From: the human T2T-CHM13v2.0 reference genome, Homo sapiens
Strand: one strand, 5' to 3'
Length of the DNA stretch: 64,000 nucleotides
Assembly (NCBI RefSeq): GCF_009914755.1
Contig: NC_060935.1
Numbering within the stretch: position 1 is the first letter of the stretch; each line of letters opens with the position of its first letter. The translations under genes were made by a program, and so were the position numbers. Shown here in pieces: positions 57,433 to 64,000 of the stretch. The notes beneath the pieces were generated by a model that saw only the letters and a list, made by a program, of their open reading frames with translations, did not search any database and was not told the origin of the DNA.

Positions 57433-58149
57433 CTAAGTCGGGTTACAGCCCTTAGGACCAAGTAAGGCAAGTCCTCTCTGGTCTAAAACAAACTGCTTCT
57501 CTGGGTGTACAAGCAATCTATTCCTTTTCATCCTATAGAAAGCAGATTCACTATTAAAAAATTATATGCTATTTGGTGATATTCAAGGGGACTATCCATA
57601 GGTTTGGAGGAATCTCCCATATTAAACATTGCTCAAAATTTGTAGGCAGCCCTCTAAAGCATAAAAATATTTTTATGTACTGGATAGAGATTTTTCTTTT
57701 CTTTTTTAGACAGGGTCTCACTCTGTCGTCTGGGCTGGAATACAGTGGCACAAACATGGCTCACTGCTGCCTCCACCTCCCAGGCCCAAGTAATCCTCCC
57801 ACCTCTGCCTCCCAAGTAGCTGGGCCACAGGCATGCACCACCACTCCCAGCTAATTTTTTTTTTTTTCCTAGATATGAGGTCTGTCTATGTTGCTCAGGC
57901 TGGCTTTATATTTTACAGCTTTCGTTTCGCGACCTTTGTGATCAAGCTAACACTTCTAGTTATCTTGTAGCAGTGCCTTCTTTCTAATTTAGCAATTGAT
58001 TTAAAGAACCAAGCAGGCTGAAATTGTGCATAGAAGAGTGAATAGAATCTGTTTGAGAGAAGTCAATAAAATAAAATATCAACTAAAAAAATAAAAATAA
58101 AGTATAAATGAATAATCATCCACCATTATCCTTTAAAATACATATATAT

Positions 58150-61100
58150 ATTACCTGGCTGTTTTGGCTGAGAAGGCCTAGAAACACTGACACCCCACTA
58201 GCAAGGAGCAGACGGCAGAGTATCCAGATCTCGGTTTCTAAATACCAAGCAAAAGGAACCAGAAATCTTTGGAGAAATGTCTAATTCTAGGGTTAGAGCA
58301 GAGAAAATAAAAGATGAGCCTGGAGCATATTAAAGTACCAGAAAATAAGAAAGTGTTCAAAAAGAAAAAAAAAATTAAAAAGATGGGGGCATGTCAAAGG
58401 GACACAGGAGCCAACCAAAAAGAGCTCCCAACAGTCAAAGCTGGAATTATTCGACGGAAAAAAATAGATTATAAAATCTCAAAGTACAGAATAAATATAC
58501 ACAAGCCAATACACACTCACACATACACACTAGTCCATAAGATACAAACAGTGGAATAAAGCAATAAATGGGTGAAAAGAGACAAATCTTCCTTACAAAA
58601 TTCCGAATACATGTAGATACCCTTAACTCCGGGAAGTGGAATCTAATCCCTTCACCCACTTTGGGGGTGGGCTAGACCTGGCTACTCATTTTCATAAGAA
58701 TAGCTATAGAAAGGGAAAAATACTAACTTTAATACTTAACCTAGCAAACACTAACTTAATCAAGTGATCATGGTTAATATCACTAATGATGTCACATGGA
58801 TATCACAAAACCCCTGATATGATATGGTATTCTATGGTATTCTTTCCAAAAACACGTAATTCTTGACTAATCATGAGAAAAATATCAGACAAAGACAAAG
58901 AGAAGGGCAGTCTACAAAACAACTGACTAGTACTCCTCAAAATGGTCATGGTCATGAAAACAAGGAAGGACTGAGAAATTGCCAAAGACCAGAGAAGGCT
59001 AATAGAGATGACCACGAAGTGCAATATGTTACCCTGAATTGGATCCTGAAACAGAATGGGCACATGAATAGAAAAACTGTTGAAACACAAACAGAATCTG
59101 GAGTTTGTTTAAACGATGTTAATAACAGGGCACACTGGGTGAGAGGTATGCAGGAATCCTACACATCATCTTTGCAACTTTTCTGTTGGAACAATCTATA
59201 ATTATTCCAAAATAAAGTTAATTTTTAAAAAGTTTCCTCTTAAAAAACTAACATTTATTTTCAAAAAAGGTAATGTCGTGAAAACGAATAATTTTAAAAA
59301 GTGAGAACACTAGGTCAGGCACAGTGGCTCAAACCTATAATCCTAGCATTTCAGGAGGCTGAGATGGGAGGATTGCTTGAGGCCAGGAGTTTGAGACCAG
59401 CCTGGTCAACACAGTGAGACCCCATCTCTTTAAAATAATAATAATAATAAAGTGGGGACACTACATACCTACCAGAAGGGCTAAAATCCAAAAACCAGAT
59501 AGAACTAAGTGCTGTTAAGAACGTGGAGCAAGAGGAACTCTCATTCATTGCTAATAGGAATGCAAAATGGTACAGCCACTCTGGAATAGAGTTTGGCAGT
59601 TTCTTACAAAACTATAACTAGTCTTACCATATGATCCAGCAACCTGCTTCTAGGTATTTATCCAACTGAATTAAAAATTTATGTCAGCTGGGCACAGTGG
59701 GTTGTACTGTTAATCCCAGCACTTTTGGGAGGCCAAGGCAGGAGTTCGAGACTTTTATGACATAAAGAGTGAACTTTAATGTATGCAAATTTTAAAAAGT
59801 CATTTAGGAGACTGGGAGATTGCAGAAAAGAATGAAGACTATGACAAGGGAATCTATATTACAGATGTGTGAAACAACTTCACCAAAGGGGGTGGGAAAA
59901 AGGTTCTGACCTAAGTAGCTTTGGTAATGAGTGGAGTCTGAAAGATTAAGGGCAAAAGGAACTGCACAGAAGTATGTACTCTAGTTGATAAAGTTTTTTT
60001 CATGGAGTATGGGTTAGCAATTCTGATACTGCTATCCATGTATGTATATCCATATATAATGGAACTGGACAATTAAATAAATGGATGGTGGAAATTAGGT
60101 TTTTCACTATTGTGAATGGAAATTCAAAGATCAGCAAGGGGAGGAGGCTAGAATGATCTATGTGATAATGGATCAGAATTGGAGACACCAGTAGGAACTC
60201 ATGTTTTTCCCCCCCGCCCATACTACTGAAAGTGATCTATGGAACTCGTTTAACTTAATATAGACACAGATGGCTACATAGAGAAATATTTATAGATATG
60301 TCTATATACATGGGGTTAGCATACATTCATATATTTCTTTGCTCTAACAGTTGAAAGGACCTAAAAGAAATGACACCCCAGTAGCAAAGAGAACACTCAG
60401 TACCCAGGTCTTGTTTCTAATAGCATTCTCCAATAAGGGAACCAGGGCACCTTGGGGAAATGGCTGATTCTAGCACTGGGACAAGAAATACACAAGATGA
60501 GCCTGGAACATTTCCAGATAGTAAGGAAGTACTCAAAGATCAATACAAATACGCGCACACACACACACATGTATGTTAAAGGAATACAGGAAGCTCCCAA
60601 AGGACAAAGCTGGAACAACCTGAACAACAAAATAATGTAATATTGGAGTGTAACCTAAAATATAAAATAAATATACTTGAGTCCACACTATTATCAGTAA
60701 ATACTTGACTAAACTAATAAATGGGAAAGGAGAGACAAGAATTTCAAATAAATTAGGTAGGTACTCCACCCTAAGATCAAGGAACTCCCCATTCCTTAAG
60801 TGTGGGCTGCAAACAGTGACTTCCCTTCAAAGAATACAGTATAGAAAAGGAGGGGAAAAAAAAGTAAATTCACTGTAGAAACCTCACAAACACTATTTCA
60901 GGTCAATATGAACAGTCAAGGTCAATATTAAGTCATAAATCATGTTGATAGCATGTACCCTTGATATGATGTGATGAAAATGGCACTTTACCTCTGTGGT
61001 CTTCCTGCCCAAAACCTGTAACTCCAGTCTAATGAGAAAAACATCAGACAAATTCCAATAGAAGGACATCTTACAATGTATTTGACTAGTACCTCTCAAA
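58150..61100 (+). mobile_element. Cluster of old L1MC/L1MD-type 3' fragments with Alu fragments
   Basis: Recurrent L1M 3'UTR motifs (tgacaccccagtagcaa..., gatgagcctggaacat, tgactagtactcctcaaaa) and gcaaaatggtacagccactctggaa. Confidence 0.75.
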
Positions 61101-61497
61101 ACAGATTAAAATTTTTTTAAAAAATTCAGATGTATAATTTTTCTAGCTTTCTTAAAGACTTTCTGAACTAGTCTAAAATAATTTTAAGACTAATTGAGAC
61201 TGTTAAGATACTGCTTACACCCAAAAACACAGGAACAAGCCTGGTGCAGTGGCTCACACCAGTAATCCCAGCACTTTGGATGCTGGAGCGAGAGGATTGT
61301 TTGAGGCCAGGAGTTCAAGACCAGCTTAGGCAACATACTGAGACTGTGTCTCCACAAAAAGAAAAAAATGACAGCCAGACACGGTGGCTCACGCCTGTAA
61401 TCCTAGCACTTTAGCACTTTGGGAGGCCGAGGCAGGCAGATCACTTGAGTCCAAGAGTTCAAGACCATCCTGGGCAACATAGTAATACCTTGCCTCT

Positions 61498-61528
<31 letters not shown>

Positions 61529-61672
61529 GCCGGGTGTGGTGGCACTCGCCTGTAGTCCCAGCCACTAGAGGCTGAGGTGAGAGGATCCCTTGAGCCCGGG
61601 AGGTGAAGGTTGCAGTAAGCAGAGATCAGGCCAACACACTCCAGCCTAGGAGACAGAGTGGGACCCCATCTC

Positions 61673-61703
<31 letters not shown>

Positions 61704-62872
61704 CTGAGCCACCATTGTCGCAACATTTTTAGAATATAAAAATAAAAAAAAATAAATAAAGACACAGAAACACAGCCAACTGAATAGTCAGATACTGTTT
61801 TTATCACTTTTTTGTTCAGAGAAGATGATGCCAGTTTTGGCCAATTTTGTTCAACAAATATTTTTGACCACCTAGTTTGTTGCAGGCATTGTTGAGTCAC
61901 TGAGGTAACCTCAAAGGAAAAAAAAAATCTATGTTCTGCTTTCATTTTTATGAGAAAATCTAACAATATATAGACAAACAATAAACAATTACATAACAAT
62001 ATATGCTATGAAGTAAATAAGGAAAAGTGAAGTAAAAGTGACCAAGAGGGCTCCTCTAATTCAGAGCTCAGAAAAGTGTCTCTTTAAGGAGATGACATTT
62101 AAGTTGAAGCCTGAGAGTGCCAGTAATACAGGCTGGGGGTAGGGGTAGAGTGAAGTGAGAAGTTCCAGAACAGAATGCAAAGACCGAAAAGAATAAGCGT
62201 AATGTGTTGGAGTTATACACATCAAGTAGGTAGAGTAACTGCCCTGATAGAAATGAGCTAAGTAATGTATTCTAAACTCCAGAGGCAAGAATAGGAAAAT
62301 CATTTAAAAACCTTAAAACTCTCCAACATTGACTACCAAGAATCCTAATTAGATTAAGAACTCAATTTTTATGCGTCCCTTTAGCTACCCACCGCCACCA
62401 CTGTCACAGTTGTCCATCTTCCATATGGTAAATGCCATCTTTCCTCTAAAAACTATCATGCCTGTCATTCATATTTCATCACATCTCCGATAGAAGTACT
62501 TTTTTAAAAGGGGCTGGGGGAATTCTACCCAGAAATTGCTCCTGAATTCTCCTACAGATCCCTACTTCACGTAGTACAATCATAGGTTAAGAGCAAAGGC
62601 CCTGGAGACAGACTGACTTGGGTTTGAATTCAGATTCTATCACTTAGTTCTATGATTTTGAGCATGTTGCACAGCCTTTTAAAGACTCAGTTTCCTCATC
62701 TGTAAAACATTGTGAGGATAAAAAAAGATAAAATGTAGCGGGGCATGTTGGCTCATGCTTGTAACCCCAGCAATTTGGGAGGGTAAGGAGGGCAGATTGC
62801 TTAAGCCCAGGAGTTTGAGACCAGCCTGAGTAACATGGCAAAACCCCATCTCTACAAAAAATACAAAAATTA

Positions 62873-63016
<144 letters not shown>

Positions 63017-63486
63017 TTAATTAATTAATTAAACAAAATGTGGGACCCAGTAGGCATTCAATACATGTTAGCTACTGCTAGTAAAAGTATCTGGGCATGT
63101 ATTTTATTCAAGGACCAGAGCTGACCCCAGAGGGATTACAGAAACTATAATTTGCTACAGTAAATTGTTTGACAGATAAAACTGTCAAACTCCCTTAGGT
63201 CAGGGCCTTTGTCTTTTTCTGGTTCACCAGTGTATTCCCTGAATCTAGAACAATGTGTGACAGACATTAAGCATCAATCTCAATATCTGTTCAATGAATG
63301 AATAAGACCCCATTAAAGGAGCATAAGAGAGCCTGGCTTTACCTTAACATACTCATTCCCTGTCAAAATTTTTAACACTTATCCTAAGGCACTGTTAAAG
63401 ATGTTTATTATTTTTAATTGCTTACCAAAAACCTAGAACAGTGTTCATAATATTAAGGTACTCAAATTTATTGCAATTAAAACTTT

Positions 63487-63866
63487 GCTGCTGGAGAAGC
63501 TGAGAGCTGAACACATGGTGGTCCCTGGAGCGTGGTGTGCCCAGAGAGGGCATGGAAGCTCCATGCCTCTTCCCCTATACCTCACCCTATATAGCTCTTT
63601 GTATCCTTTGCAATATCCTTTATAATAAACTGGCTGGAAAATGTGTTTTCCTGAGTTCTATGAACAGGTCTAGCAAATTAATCAAACCCAAGGCAGGGAA
63701 TGGGGGGCGGTATTAGGAATGCCCATTTTTATAGTCAGCCTACAGAAGCACAGGTAAAAAAAAACCTGGGGCTTCAGATTGGCATCTGAGTTGGGGGCAG
63801 TCTTCTGGGACTAAACCCTCAACCTGTGGGATCTGACACTACCTCCAGATAGAAAGTGTCAGAATT
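63487..63866 (+). mobile_element. MER21-like LTR fragment
   Basis: cccagagagggcatggaagctcc...ttcctgagttct...ctagcaaattaatcaaaccc...tgggatctgacactacctccagatagaaagtgtcagaatt. Confidence 0.75.
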
Positions 63867-64000
63867 GGCCAGGTGAGGTGGCTCATGCCTGTAATCCCAG
63901 CACTTTGGGAGGCTGAGGCGGGCGGATCACTTGAGGCCAGGAGTTCAAGACCAGCCTGGCCAAAATGGAGAAACCCCGTCTCTACTAAAAATACAAAAAA

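Overview
Primate (almost certainly human, 11p11.2) genomic DNA that lies entirely within the CKAP5 (ch-TOG / XMAP215-family microtubule polymerase) locus on the minus strand. I could resolve 22 consecutive GT-AG exons, from the ATG-bearing exon at 44056-44149 down to 317-430. They splice into an uninterrupted 2862-nt ORF (codons 1-954) covering TOG1, TOG2, the basic linker, TOG3 and the start of TOG4. The gene continues past the left edge. By my recollection of the gene model, the main non-coding first exon lies beyond the right edge, so exons are numbered 2-23. The rest is intron, packed with Alus (dozens), L1/L2/MIR fragments, DNA-transposon MITEs, two LTRs and a 7SL pseudogene split by an Alu. 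Most ORFs in the supplied track are Alu-derived or chance ORFs. I found no evidence of a new multi-gene system. The best leads are four. (1) An intronic CpG-rich element at about 49.5-49.9 kb that looks like an alternative promoter and first exon, with a GTAAGT donor, a (CGG)n tract, a short uORF and a G4 motif. (2) A 102-nt candidate poison exon in intron 15. (3) A block of ten consecutive frame-symmetric exons. (4) An AluY flanked by an abnormally long 78-bp direct repeat. Repeat subfamily names come from recalled consensus sequences and repeat boundaries are approximate. Exon boundaries were checked base by base.
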